Source of the DNA: Lama guanicoe
Taxonomy: Eukaryota
Direction: 5' to 3'
Assembly (NCBI GenBank): GCA_013239625.1
Contig: MU056898.1
Coordinates: 649,717-713,716 of the forward strand
DNA length: 64,000 bases
Part shown: piece after piece, positions 10,586 to 22,269 of the stretch
Layout: each line of letters begins with the position of its first letter
Position numbering within the stretch: the first letter of the stretch is position 1
The notes under the pieces: generated by a model
Told to the model about the DNA's origin: nothing
What the model saw: only the letters and a program-made list of their open reading frames with translations
Database searches by the model: none
Program-made: the position numbers and the translations under genes

Positions 10586-13500
10586 CTGAAAATAAGAGAA
10601 TGCTTCATACAGTTGTTCTAAGGATCAGAACACCCCGAATGTTCTCAGCACTCGGTGGGTCCTTGGACACAGCAACCACAAGCCCAGCCGGAGCTCAGAC
10701 CCCCGCCGTGTGCCAGGTGCTGTGCGAGGGGACAGGCGTGTCCCTTCTGTCCGCTGGCAGCAGACAAGGGCAAGGACATGGCAGGGGCAGAGAGCACAGC
10801 TTCGCAGAGCTCGTGCCACGTGAGGTGGGCAGGAGAAGCTGAGCCCGGGTCTCTGGGCAGTGTCAGGGGTCCTGCCTGCCAGAAGGGACAGCGTGAGCCA
10901 AGGCCTGGACGCCAGGGTGGGCGGGGCCTCTGGGGAACAGAAGTCGTTGGTGAGCCTGGAGTGAAGAGTGCAAGGGCCACCTGGGGGCAGGGGTCAAGGG
11001 CCTGGACAAGGACAGGGGAGCCTGTCGGCCCAAGCAGCAGCTTCTACGCCTTTCACGAGGTCACCTGGGAGTAGTGGCTGTGGGGAGGGGTCGGGAGGGG
11101 GCACAGGTGATGTCAGGTGGGAGGCGATAGGGGCTGAGCCAGGGCCCAGGTGGAGGGACGTGGGGAGGACTCGGGATCTGCTCGAATCGGGCAGGGATGT
11201 GGAGTCAAGGCCTCCTCCAGGCCACGGGCTCCCTGCTCCTGCCTCAGTTTCCCCAGGCCTCCTGGGGAGCTGCCCAGCAGCCATCCTATAGAGACCATTT
11301 CCCGAGTGCCCACCCTGTGCCAGCCCACGATGGGCGCCCAGGGACACCCCCCCCCGGAGCTCCAGCCCCAACCCCCTGTCCAGGGCCAGCCGAGATTCCT
11401 GAGGCCTGGGGAGAACAAGCTCCCAGCATTAGAGGCGGGCAGGTGGGCGTGGCCTGCAGCCCCGCCCCCGCACAAGGAGGGCCCTCCTGGGGGTGTTGGG
11501 GGCAGAGCCAGGCAGGGGCTCCAGCCTGTGAGGCCGCCCTCTGATGAGGGTTCACTCTGGGTGCCAGGTGTGCAAACCCGTGTTCGTCCAGAGCGCAGCC
11601 AGGCCGGCGCGCTGAGGGGTGGGCTCGGCTCAGGTAGCCCCGACGCACACCCGAGGGCCCCGCCCCTCCTGACAGCGGCTCAGGTCCCTCCCTCCTCACA
11701 GCCAGGCTCCCACAGGCTCAGCCGAGGGTGGGGTGGGGGCCTCAGCTTCCAGGGGACTGACCCCCCACGTCTGCCTGTCTCCGCCTCCTGGGCGCCTTGC
11801 TCCTGGTCTCCCCCTCGCTGCCTCCCTCCCTCACCTCATTTTCTTCCCGTAGTGGTCTGTGTGGTCAGGGGACCAGAGGGGATCCACATGCTGTTTCCTG
11901 AACAGAAACAGAGAGACGGGGCGGGGCCTCAGAGACCTCTCCTGGACCACATGAGCTCTGCTCGGGGACATCTGTCCCCAGCAGGGTCAGCCTGGACTCT
12001 GGGCGCCTGACGACATTCCCCTTGGACCTGACGTCGCCCCTCTGGGCTCCAGGCAACCACAGCCCCTGCATCTGGTCCTAGCAACAACAGTGCCTCCATC
12101 CCCGGGGCCCAGAGCAGGCTGGCGTTGGGGGGCTGGGGCTAAGCCTGCATCCTGCTCAGCTGTGACAGCGGTGATTCAGACAGACAAGCTGCCTTCCCCA
12201 CAAGCCCCTTCATTTCCTCAACTGTAGGATGTGGCCATCCCGCCCTCACCCGGGCGACTGTAAGGGCCGACGGGACCAGCAGGACGAGGGCATCATGGGA
12301 GGTTTCTGACCCCAGGCACCCTGCTCTGCACAAGTCGCCCAGCTCGGTTTGGTGACACAGGGGTCTCAAACATCAGGATGTGGTGATTTGGCCGGGAGTG
12401 CCAACCCGAGGCCATACCACTGGGATTTGGGACGTCCTCACCCCCAGGGAGGACCTCCCCCTCCTGCCCTGCAGGAGAGACCCAGGGAGGCCCAGGGTCC
12501 ACGGGGAGCAGAGCCCCCCCAGGTGGTGGGCTGCCCTGGGAAGGCCTGTGAGGAGACGGGGCCCCTGACCACACTGAGCCTGGCCTGAGGGAGCCCCAGT
12601 TCTGTGGCTGGTTTGAGTCCTCAGAACCCATGGTCCAGAAGCTTCTCAAGCAGGCACAGGAAGGGGTGAGGGTGGGGTGGTCAGGGAAGGCAATGGGGGA
12701 GGGTCCGGGTGGAGCCAGCATCAGCCTGAAATGGCCGAGCTGCGTCTGCTCTACCTCCGAGCTGTCCCTAGACGCCCCAAGCCCCAGGCCAGGCCACCCA
12801 CCTCACCTGGTGATGGCTCCGACCTCCCACGGCCCTGTCCAAGCCACACACCCACAGCCAGACGAAGCCACGTGGCCACAGAAGCCTTTCAAGGACTCTT
12901 CTTGCTCTTAGGATGAAGCCTAGCCTTTCCCCGGAGCTCCCGAGGCCCTGGCCACCTGCCCGCCACACCCCACCCTCTCCAGCTGCCAGCCACCCTTGCT
13001 TTGACCCAGACACTGCCCCCTTTGTCCCTCTGGGGCCCCTCTGCCTAGAAGGCACCCCTCCTCTCCTGGCACCCTGTAACCCCAGCTGGGTTTCCAAAAT
13101 TAGAGGCCGCCACCCGCTGGCTGCCTTCCAGATCTGCTGCAACCCCGCTCCTCTCCTGCCCAGCCTCACCTCCCGGCCTCTGCCGGCCAGCCAGGCCCCA
13201 TGTGAAGCATCCTTCCCCTGTGCCTTCGCAGGGAGGACCTCCCGCTCCACACTTGGGTTTCAGGCCCCACAGCTGCCTCTTCCCAGAAGCCCTCCTGTCA
13301 CACGCTTCCATCGACACATAATTACCTGGCCGGTGGCTGTCCTTGGCCCGTAGCTGCAGGCTGGGGATAGCTCCCGTTAGCGCCTGGTGCCTCGCCTGGT
13401 CCACAGCAAGCGCTCAGCCCAGGTGGGCGCGCTGCCCGGCATCACAGCGCGGCCCGCACATCCCTGCACACGCCCGGCGTCCCTGCCGTGCGTGGCTCTC

Positions 13501-14179
13501 CGAGCACACCCACACGGACACACTTGCTTCCATGCACACACATGCACACACATGCATGCTTCCACTCACTCCCAGCACACCACACACGTGCCCCTCCTCA
13601 CACACCACCCCAATCATCCACGCCCTGCACGGTCACACGCACACAACCGGGGTTGCTTGCTCACGCCGTCCCCGCCACCCTCACTCCAACAGGCGCCCGA
13701 GCTGCTGCTTGCCGCCTCTGCCTGACGGCACGTTTGCCAAGCAGTTTCCATGGCGACACATCTTGGCTCTGACAGGAGCAGCTGAGTGCAGGGAAGACGG
13801 CCTCCACAGAGGGGACGAGACCCGAGGCCTCTGTGTCCTCGGGTTCCCGGGCAGGCAGGGGTGGGTGCGCCCATAAGCAGACACTCCCTAACCCTGCACT
13901 CGGCTTGCCCCTGAGGCGGCTCCAGGGCTTCCTCTGGGCTACATGCTGTAGGATGTAGGTCTCTCAGTCATTCAGCAAACCTCGTTTGCTGGCTGCAAAG
14001 CTGCCTGAGGCGTAGGCCCAGCTCACAAGAGCTCCTGGTTGTGTTCTGAGGCTGGACAACTGTGCCATCATCCTGTTGAAAGCCCATCCCAGGCACGTCA
14101 GTGGCTCCCTGGGCACCACGGCCTAGCCACCACCTTTTGCCCATGTACAGCAAGGATGCCGGGCTCCTCCTCCGTGGAG

Positions 14180-14592
14180 TGTCAATTGCAAAAGCAACCC
14201 TGATTCTCCACCCCTCCCTGAACCATCGTGCCTTTCGCCACAACTGCTGTCAGGTGGGGAAGCCTATTCCTTATACTTGAATCTGAGCCTGCCCTGTGAC
14301 TTGCTTTGGCCAAGAAAAGGTGACAGAGTGACACTGTGATGACATGCCTCTGCCTGCTTTCATGTGGGCTCCTGCGGTGGCATGAGAACCAGTCTGGGCT
14401 GGTCTGCTGGAAGTTGAGAGAACACATGAGCCCACCCTGGGCCAGCTAGCCTCTAGGCAACCCATCACAGATGCATGAGAGCAAGCAGAGCACAGGCCTG
14501 CCTGGTTGGCCCCCAGACCCTTCAGAAATAATAAAATGCTGTTGTTTCAACTTACTGGCCTAAGATTGTTACACAGCAGTAGCTAACGGACA
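14180..14592 (+). mobile_element. older MaLR LTR (MLT1 family)
   Basis: CTTGAATCTGAGC...TGTGACTTGCTTTGGCCAA and 3' end TTGTTACACAGCAGTAGCTAAC. Confidence 0.7.
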
Positions 14593-15432
14593 CACTCTCT
14601 TTCAAGGGCCCTGGCCAGCAGCCACCCAACCTCAAGCAATCAGCACATGCAGGGTGCCCTATGAGCTCCCCTAGGGTGCTGAGGACTGGGCCAGAGCAGG
14701 TGGGCTGCACACAGACCTGCTGTGTGCCAGCCCTGTGCTGGAACCTAGGAGTAGAGATGACCACCTCTGCCTTCTGGGAGCCCACAGCACCAACAGGGTG
14801 GCTTTATGAGTCCCAGCCTACGGGTGGGAGAGGCTGGGTGGCCTGCCCAAGACCTGTGACGTACAGGAGCAGGTGAGCATGGCTGCAGAACCTGGCTGGA
14901 TTAGAGCTTTGCTTTTTTCCCTCTTGGACACCTGTTTGGAAACACTTTACTTCCTGGGTAACTGTATATATTAGGACATTACTGGTGTGAGCGTTCAGCC
15001 CCTCTTCACTGAGGACTGTGGACCCGTGTTACCGCCTAGTGGGGCATCTGATGGGCAGGGCCTCTCCCTCCCTGAGCTGAGAGCCTGGCAGGGGCTTGTG
15101 TCTGCGTGACCCAACTTGCCCTAATCTCTCGGCAGCACCTTAGCGTTCCTACACAGAAGGTTTGAAGTATTTCCCCCAGCATCTCCCACTGTTTGTGGTG
15201 AGATGGTCGGCCCAGATAGTGTCCTGCTTTCACTGGGAAGATCTGCGTGGCAACCGTGCTGTGGACAGCTGCGCACCGTTCTGACTGGTCAGTGCCCTTC
15301 TGTCCCGAGATCACGTGCCAGTACCTGTTCGGTGACCTCGTGGGGTAAGGGGGCAGAAGTCAGGGCCAGTCCTGCCCATGCGGAGAGAATCACGGAAGAC
15401 CCAGCCCACCTCACACTGAAAACCTGCAGGAA

Positions 15433-16100
15433 AAGACTGAGGTGGCAGAGTAGGAGGCAGAGCTCACCTCCCGCCACAAACACATCAAAACACACCTACG
15501 TGAGGAGCAACGCCCACTGAGAACTGGAGGCTGGCAGAGAGACTCCTGCACCACCACAGCAGTGCCAAAGATCCACACGGACTCGGGTAGGAAGGGAGGA
15601 GGGGCCATCAGGTCGGGACCTGGGCCCCTAGGAGAGGAAACAGAAGAGGAGGGGGTTACCCGGGTTTAGAGATCCTCTCTGGGGACTGAGCAGTTCAAGC
15701 TATACGTTGGGCATCCCAGCCCTGGGGTCCGACACCTTGGCTGGTTTGCAAACCAGTGGGACTGATGGCGGGGCTGTAGGAAACCCAGACTCCACCTGTG
15801 AAGAGCAGGCACTCACTTGCTTGCTCCTGAAACAAGGCGGAGAAACAGGTGAAGACTGTCTGGGGCTCTGGGTGCTTTCTCTGCTATCCCCAGCCCCAGC
15901 CGCGCCCGCTCCAGCCGCCCTTGCTCCAGGGCACAGCTCCACACGCGGGCAAAGGCTGCGGCGGCTGAGAAAAGTGTGCAGTTGGGGGGGCGGAGAGCGC
16001 AGGGATCCTGCAGGGCATCCAAGTGGGGTGCTGCAGCCATCACTGACAGCCAGGGCGCAGCGGACAAGGAGCACCTGAAACTCCGGCTGGCGTGCCCTCC
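15433..16100 (+). mobile_element. LINE-1 5' UTR fragment
   Basis: GAGCTCACCTCCCGCCACAAACACATCAAAACACACCTACGTG resembles laurasiatherian L1 5' ends. Confidence 0.6.
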
Positions 16101-16189
16101 TGCCGTCCAGGATCCTCTGATGCAGGAAAGGGCATGGGTCTTCCAGGGGCTGTGGGACCTGCACCTCTCGGCCAGACCTGAAAACTGGG

Positions 16190-17310
16190 GATGACAGGTT
16201 TTGCCAAAAGCCTTTCCTGCATCTACCGATACAGTCACGTGGGCCCCGTTACGCTGCTGATGGGACGGGCCGCACTGAGGCTTTCAAATGCCGAACCCGC
16301 CTCGCATACCTGAGATGAGCCCTCCTTGATCCTAGTGTGTAGTTCTTACACATTGTTGGATTCAACTTGCTAAAGTTTGTTAAGGACTTTTCCATGTTTG
16401 ATCATGAGAGATGTTGGTCCCTAGTTCTCCTGGAGTGTCTGTCTGGCTTTGGTATTAGAGATTCTTCCATGAACTCTATGACGCGTGGCACCGGTGGGAG
16501 GGACGAGTGAGCTGTTCTCTGCACCCTGGAGGAGCTGCTCCTGAAGCGCCCAGAGGGCCGACCGGACGCACCCGCCGCCCATGCCCTTACTGCCGCTGGC
16601 GGTTTCACAGACTTGTGCTTGGCACCGCCTGGTCCTCACAGGCTGAGTCGGGAGCATTCCCTCCACTTCTGTCTTCTGAAAGACTGTACAGACCTGGTAT
16701 AAGCTCTTCCTTAAATGTTCCGTAGAGTTCACCAGTGAAGCCCCCTGGGCCCAGTGCTGTTCTGAAAGGCGATTAATGACTGATTCCGTCTGCTCGGTAG
16801 GCAGAGGCCTGCTCGGGTCGCCTGCTTCCCCCCGCGTCGGTTTGGCAGGTGAGCTGGCAAAGCCACAGGCTCAGGGCTGCTCAGCGGCCCTCCGCCATCC
16901 TCCCAGCTATGGTGGGGCCCGCAGCGCCGCCGCCTCTCGCCGTCTCCTCCTCTCCGAGCCTGGCTAGAGGCTCGCTGACTCCACTGCTCTCTTCAAAGAA
17001 CCAGGTTTTGCTCACATGAGTTCCTCCTCCGAATTTGTCCTCAATTCACTGGCGCCTGCTCTAACTTTCGTCATTTCTCTTCTTGGCCTGCTTTGGGCTC
17101 AACCCCCTATCACCCAGTCTCCTAAGGCGGAAGCTCAGGTGACGGATTTCAGACGCTCCGCCTTGCCTCACATGTGCCCTCACAGCTGTAAGCGTCTGCC
17201 TGAGCGCTGCTTCTGCTGCAACCCACAGCTTTTGATCAGCTGTAGTTTCATTTTCATTCACTTCAAAATATTTTAGGGTTTCTCTTGAGATTCTCTGACT
17301 GACCGGGTGC
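16190..17310 (-). mobile_element. degenerate LINE-1 ORF2 fragment (RT region)
   Basis: Minus-strand peptide TVSVDAGKAFGK resembles L1 RT IISIDAEKAFDK; TGTTGGATTCAACTTGCTAA is a typical antisense L1 tract. Confidence 0.78.
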
Positions 17311-17848
17311 TTTAGAACACGGAGACTCTTACTTCTGGGAGGCGAACAGTAAAATCTCCACTTTACAGAAGAGGAAACAGGTTCCAAAAGGCCCTGGTGC
17401 ACGCAGGGCGACGCGGCCTGGAAACGGCAGGGCTGGCACTGGTGCAGCATCTGTTTGGTCCCTTGAGGACCAGCCCGCAGCCCAACTCCCCTGACAGTAC
17501 CACGGCCAACTTGACCTGCCTCGTCATTTGGGACAGTGAGCTCTAAACTGCTATGAGGTTAGGGTGACCCCGGGGCTTCAGAGACTGAAAACCTGGCTTG
17601 GTTAGACCTGGAGTCACTACCATCAGGGGCCAGGGGCGAAGGCCACTCTCCAGCCTGAACTGTTTGCTCTCTGACCCTTGGGTGTCCCTGGGGCACAGTG
17701 AGGTCCAAGCAGAGCAACATCTCCCCTAGGCCCATGAAGTACGTGGCCATTGTGCAGAGGGTCCCTCCCCAAATGCCTTTCCAAACCCCAGCAGGCCTGG
17801 GACCTATCCCACGTCAGTACGCCGACTCAGTGGCACTGTCAAATGACA

Positions 17849-17854
17849 TTTATT
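17849..17854 (-). terminator. BRAT1: BRAT1 polyadenylation signal AATAAA
   Basis: TTTATT on + strand about 190 nt past the stop codon. Confidence 0.85.
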
Positions 17855-18043
17855 TTGAGTAGAAAATAAGCCACTTCAATAATACAGCAAAACATGGAAT
17901 TCTTTGACCTTGTGGGGTTGCCTGGTCCTGGCTTGCCTGGAGGATCCCATGTGCAGTCAGGCCAGGCTAGAGCCCTCAGGATGGCAGTGCGAGGAAGGGA
18001 CACGGCGCAGCAGCAGGGTCCACGGAGGGTGCCACCAGGCTTC

Positions 18044-18742
18044 TCAGTAACAGTCGGCCTCATTCTCCCCCAGGACACCCACAGAGGCCAGCATGTCCTG
18101 CAGGAGCGACTGAGGGCTCTTCTCTATGTGGTCACTGCTCTTGGCCAGCGTACCCCGAAGGCCCTCCAGGTCCATGGACCTCAGCACGGCCATGACAGCC
18201 TCAGGCTCCAGCTCCCCCAGGGGCTGACCCTGCTCGCCTGCCTGCCACCTCTGCAGGGCAGCCTCCACAGAGACCACGTCGGGGCTGGCTCCCGCCTCCT
18301 GTGGGCCACCACAGGGAGTGGCCTTGGCCCTCAGGAAAAGCAGGAGGTCACAGGACTTCTGGGCCACAGGTCGGTCACAGTCAAATAAGGCACGGAGGGC
18401 AAACTCAAAGAGCTGTACCCGGCAGAGCACCTGCAGGACCTGGGCCAGCGTGGCAGGTGGGGCTGCCTCGGGCAGGGCCACAGCATAGGGACAGCGGGAG
18501 CCAGGATGGCCCAGCAACTGCTCCAGGAACACCAGCGCCAGCTCGAGGCCCTGGGCCCGCACCTCCCAGTCCAGGTCCCGGCTCGCCACCTGCAGCACTC
18601 TGGCCACGAACTGCTCCAGGTCCTCAGCCACGTCAGCGTGGCCGTCTTTCAGCCACTGGGTGAAGACCTGCATGACAGCCCTGCGGGGGAAGCCCTCTGA
18701 GTCCGTGGAGAGGATGTGCAGAAGCTCCGTGAACAGGCTCTC
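18044..18742 (-). CDS. BRAT1: BRAT1 last coding exon (exon 14)
   Basis: [27 protein letters not shown]...[13 protein letters not shown]...[16 protein letters not shown]...EADCY, stop TGA at 18044-18046. Confidence 0.97.
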   Translation of the reverse strand, partial: ESLFTELLHILSTDSEGFPRRAVMQVFTQWLKDGHADVAEDLEQFVARVLQVASRDLDWEVRAQGLELALVFLEQLLGHPGSRCPYAVALPEAAPPATLAQVLQVLCRVQLFEFALRALFDCDRPVAQKSCDLLLFLRAKATPCGGPQEAGASPDVVSVEAALQRWQAGEQGQPLGELEPEAVMAVLRSMDLEGLRGTLAKSSDHIEKSPQSLLQDMLASVGVLGENEADCY

Positions 18743-19095
18743 CTGGAGGACAGAGTGGGGGGGGGTGGGAGGGGCCAGGGAAGGCAGAGGCCTGCTGGCA
18801 TGCTGGGGCGCAGCAGGGAGCGCCCTGAGAAGCCCCTGCCGGGCAGGTCTGGGGCCCAAACTGCTCTGCCTCCTTCAGGGGACATCCCCTTTGGCCCTCC
18901 GTGTGCTCATCCACCAAACCAGGGCAACCACGTCCAAGCAACAGGGTGCCAGAAGGCTGAGCCGGAGATTCAGGAGACATGCCCCACAGAGCCCTGGCCC
19001 CAGACCGCCCACGCCTGGGCGGCAGACCCACCCCTCCCTGGGCATAAGGACGGTTGCCAGGTGTGAGCTGCACAGCCAGAGGACCCGCCTCCTAC

Positions 19096-19271
19096 CTGCT
19101 GGACCTCTGGGTGCTCTGGGCTGGTGGGGGTGGCGTACAGCCCCCAGCTGGACAGCTGCCCTGTGGCAGTCACTGCACTTGCGCGGACGTAACTCTCAGG
19201 GTCTCGCAGGAGCTGCCTGGTGAGCTCAGGCACCTCTGAAGCAAGGAGAGCATGTCTGAAGGCGGCCTGCC
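19096..19271 (-). CDS. BRAT1: BRAT1 exon 13 (176 nt)
   Basis: [34 protein letters not shown]...PEHPEVQQ; ttccag| and CAG|GTAGGA. Confidence 0.95.
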
Positions 19272-19433
19272 CTGGAAGTCCAAACAGCCACAACCAGCGG
19301 TGACCAAGGGCTGAGCCCAAGCCTCCCCTCCCTCCCCGAGGGCAGCCTGGGTGGCCCGAGTTCCCGCCTACTAGGGGACAACGGGGCACTAAGGCCAGGC
19401 CAGCCTCCCCTCCTGCCCAGCGCCCTCGCTTAC

Positions 19434-19532
19434 CTCCCCAGTGTCTGGTCACTTGGGTCAGGAACTCGAGGCCCGAGTCCCTGGCCTCCCAGCAGGGGCT
19501 GCACAGCCGTTTCCGCAGCACAGGGAGCAGCT
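19434..19532 (-). CDS. BRAT1: BRAT1 exon 12 (99 nt)
   Basis: [33 protein letters not shown]; ctgcag| and GAG|GTAAGC. Confidence 0.95.
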
Positions 19533-19652
19533 CTGCAGCAGGGGGAGGGTGGGGGGGGTGTCAGAGCCTGTCACACCCACCCGCCCTTTGTCCAGCCCCC
19601 AACGCCTCCGCCCCACACCTCCCTCAGTTTACCCTGGAGGGGCCAGGGTTAC

Positions 19653-19755
19653 CTCTGAGGAACAACTGGGTGTGGGGGTCCAGGTCGCAGCAGCTAGGGG
19701 CCTTGGGGGAGCCCAGGAGCCACCTGAGTGTGGCCTGGAAGGCCTTCTTCAGAAC
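19653..19755 (-). CDS. BRAT1: BRAT1 exon 11 (103 nt)
   Basis: [34 protein letters not shown]; ctccag| and GAG|GTAACC. Confidence 0.94.
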
Positions 19756-20404
19756 CTGGAGCGGGCAGAGCAGGGCTGCAGGGCTAGGAGGGCTGAGCTG
19801 GCCTGCTCGCCCTGCCCACCTCCCCGCGCTCCTGCCCCTGCCCTGGGGGTAAAGTGGGGTGTGGGGAGAGGAATGCTGGGCTTCGTTCTGATGAGACAGA
19901 AGCCTCTAGAAGCAGCAGGACTAGGATCCAAGACCAAGAGAGAGAGGAGGAGGGTGGCTCCCGTCAGGACCTCCCACTGTCAGTGAGATGAAATTTCTGC
20001 ACCAGAACACAAGAAACTGCTCAGGGCACCTTTTCCTTAAAGTCCCAGGAATCCGCCAGGCCTGTCGTCCAAACCTCCACACTGCTGTTCAGTGCACATG
20101 GTGCTAATTCTGCACCCACAGAGCACAACTCAACCGCAGTGTCATGAAAATGGATAACTCGCAGCAAACGTCAATGAGAGTTTGGACCCTAAGTGTAGGG
20201 CCCGCCTGGCTCTAGTTTCCATCTCTCATGAAGAATTCCCTGCAAGACTGGACCCCCTCCCTGCTCTCCATGGCCCAGCACCCCCTCACTCCATCTCCAC
20301 CAATGCCAGGCCCAGGGCCACCAGCCTGTCCAAACTCACTTTAAGAAGCAATCCTGGCCCCAAGAGGCCTGTGGGGGTGCCCCTGCCTCCCTCCTTGCCC
20401 CCAC

Positions 20405-20783
20405 NNNNNNNNNNNNNNNNNNNNNNNNNNNNNNNNNNNNNNNNNNNNNNNNNNNNNNNNNNNNNNNNNNNNNNNNNNNNNNNNNNNNNNNNNNNNNNNN
20501 NNNNNNNNNNNNNNNNNNNNNNNNNNNNNNNNNNNNNNNNNNNNNNNNNNNNNNNNNNNNNNNNNNNNNNNNNNNNNNNNNNNNNNNNNNNNNNNNNNNN
20601 NNNNNNNNNNNNNNNNNNNNNNNNNNNNNNNNNNNNNNNNNNNNNNNNNNNNNNNNNNNNNNNNNNNNNNNNNNNNNNNNNNNNNNNNNNNNNNNNNNNN
20701 NNNNNNNNNNNNNNNNNNNNNNNNNNNNNNNNNNNNNNNNNNNNNNNNNNNNNNNNNNNNNNNNNNNNNNNNNNNNNNNNNNN
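20405..20783. other. assembly gap (379 N) in BRAT1 intron 10
   Basis: Run of N. Confidence 1.
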
Positions 20784-20821
20784 CTTGCCCCCACCCTCCA
20801 CCCTGAACCCTGCACCTGTAC

Positions 20822-20895
20822 CGTGGGGCTGGAGTCAGGGCTTGTGAGGTACTCCAGGAGGACGGCAAACACCTGCGTCACCAGCTCTTGGGGGC
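20822..20895 (-). CDS. BRAT1: BRAT1 exon 10 (74 nt)
   Basis: GPQELVTQVFAVLLEYLTSPDSSPT; tctcag| and ACG|GTACAG. Confidence 0.93.
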
Positions 20896-21118
20896 CTGAG
20901 ACAGACGTGGATGGATGAAGCACCCAACCTCCCACTCTGGGGCCTCCTCAGTCCAGGAGCATGTCAATCCAAGGAAAGCAGGGGACAGGAGCCAGTGGTC
21001 AGCTGAATGCCAGCCCCGCCCCCAAGGAGACATGAGAGGACAGCAGCCTCAGGAACGTCTCTGAGCAGCTGCAGGGCTTACCCGACTGAGCTGTACAAGA
21101 GAAGGCAGCCTCACTTAC

Positions 21119-21305
21119 CCGTCCCCTGAGACAGCGTCCCCAGGAAATCCAGGGCCGCTCGCTGGACCCGGACACAGCCCGCCAGGACCGCACACAGGTG
21201 GCCCCCCACGTCACTGGTGGGGGCTGCTGAGCCATGGCAGAAGCGCAGTATTGCCACCGCAGCCCGAAGCAGGGGCGCCTGGGGCCAGGGCGAGGGGCGC
21301 TGGGG
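21119..21305 (-). CDS. BRAT1: BRAT1 exon 9 (187 nt)
   Basis: [13 protein letters not shown]...[18 protein letters not shown]; follows a 74-nt intron; donor CGG|GTAAGT. Confidence 0.94.
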
Positions 21306-21379
21306 CTGGGAGGGGAGGGAGAGTCAGTGCGGCCGCAAGTCCCACTGCCGGGGTGGACGCAGGCCAGGGCCACACCCAC

Positions 21380-21498
21380 CAGCAGTTGCAGCAGCTCCAG
21401 GTGGGCCAGGGCCTGGCACAGGAGACCCACACAAGCCGACTTGGAGGAGAGAAACGTGTCCACTGTCATCGAGTCGCCTGTGGCCCCTTCTGGAAAAC
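21380..21498 (-). CDS. BRAT1: BRAT1 exon 8 (119 nt)
   Basis: [40 protein letters not shown]; ctccag| and CTG|GTGGGT. Confidence 0.93.
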
Positions 21499-22177
21499 CT
21501 GGAGGCCGACCAGAAACAGCTCCTGGTTAGTGGGCACCTCCTGTGTGGCTGCTGCAGGCCTAACCACCGGCCACTGATCCACACCAGAGATTGGGACCAG
21601 GACCAGAGATTCCGAGCAGGTGGCTCGTCCAGGATGACGTCCAGCTGGCTGGAGCTGCAGTCTGAACCTGTCTGCAAGGCTCGTGAACGGAGTCCTGTCC
21701 TCTGTGTTCCCAGGCCAGCTCCCACTGGCTAGGAGGCCTGCCTCCATGCTCACACGGGGCCACCAGGCACAGCCGGGTCCCTTCTCTACTCCTCCACCCT
21801 CGTGAAGCGAGACAAGGCACAAGAGAGGACACCCAGCCCCCTGCACAGAACCCAGACAGTCTGGGAGGACGAGTGGCAGGCCCATGAGCCCGTTCTGGGT
21901 TGAGAACCACCACCGACTGCCAGGGCCTGGGGTAGGGGACAAAGGTTGACCTCTCTGGGAGCCACCTCAGACGATGCCCCAGTAACTCCAGGCCATGAAG
22001 ACGTGAGCGGCATTCACACCTGGAACGACAGCCTACACCTCTGCCACCTTCATTCTTACGTGAGGCGGCGAGCCAGGTACCCCACTGCCCATCAGCCTGC
22101 CCCGGCCCCACGGACGTGCTCAGGACTCCAGGGTCCTGCCCTCCTGTGCCTGCCCACCCTTCCCCCAAGCAGCCTAC

Positions 22178-22269
22178 CTGGAGGTCCAGGGGCCTGAGCA
22201 GCAGCTTTCAGGACACAGGCCAGGGGCTGGAGGAGGACACCAAAGGCCTGGGTCTTCAGTGCCTGTGGA
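22178..22269 (-). CDS. BRAT1: BRAT1 exon 7 (92 nt)
   Basis: [31 protein letters not shown] translated by hand; ttgccag| and CAG|GTAGGC. Confidence 0.94.

Noticed and set aside
15433-17310. Single 5'-inverted (twin-primed) L1 insertion
   Set aside because: The pieces converge tail-to-tail and lack a 3' end or shared TSD; two independent fragments are simpler
20182-20935. ORFs spanning the N gap
   Set aside because: Artefacts of translating Ns; only the BRAT1 exon 10 portion is real
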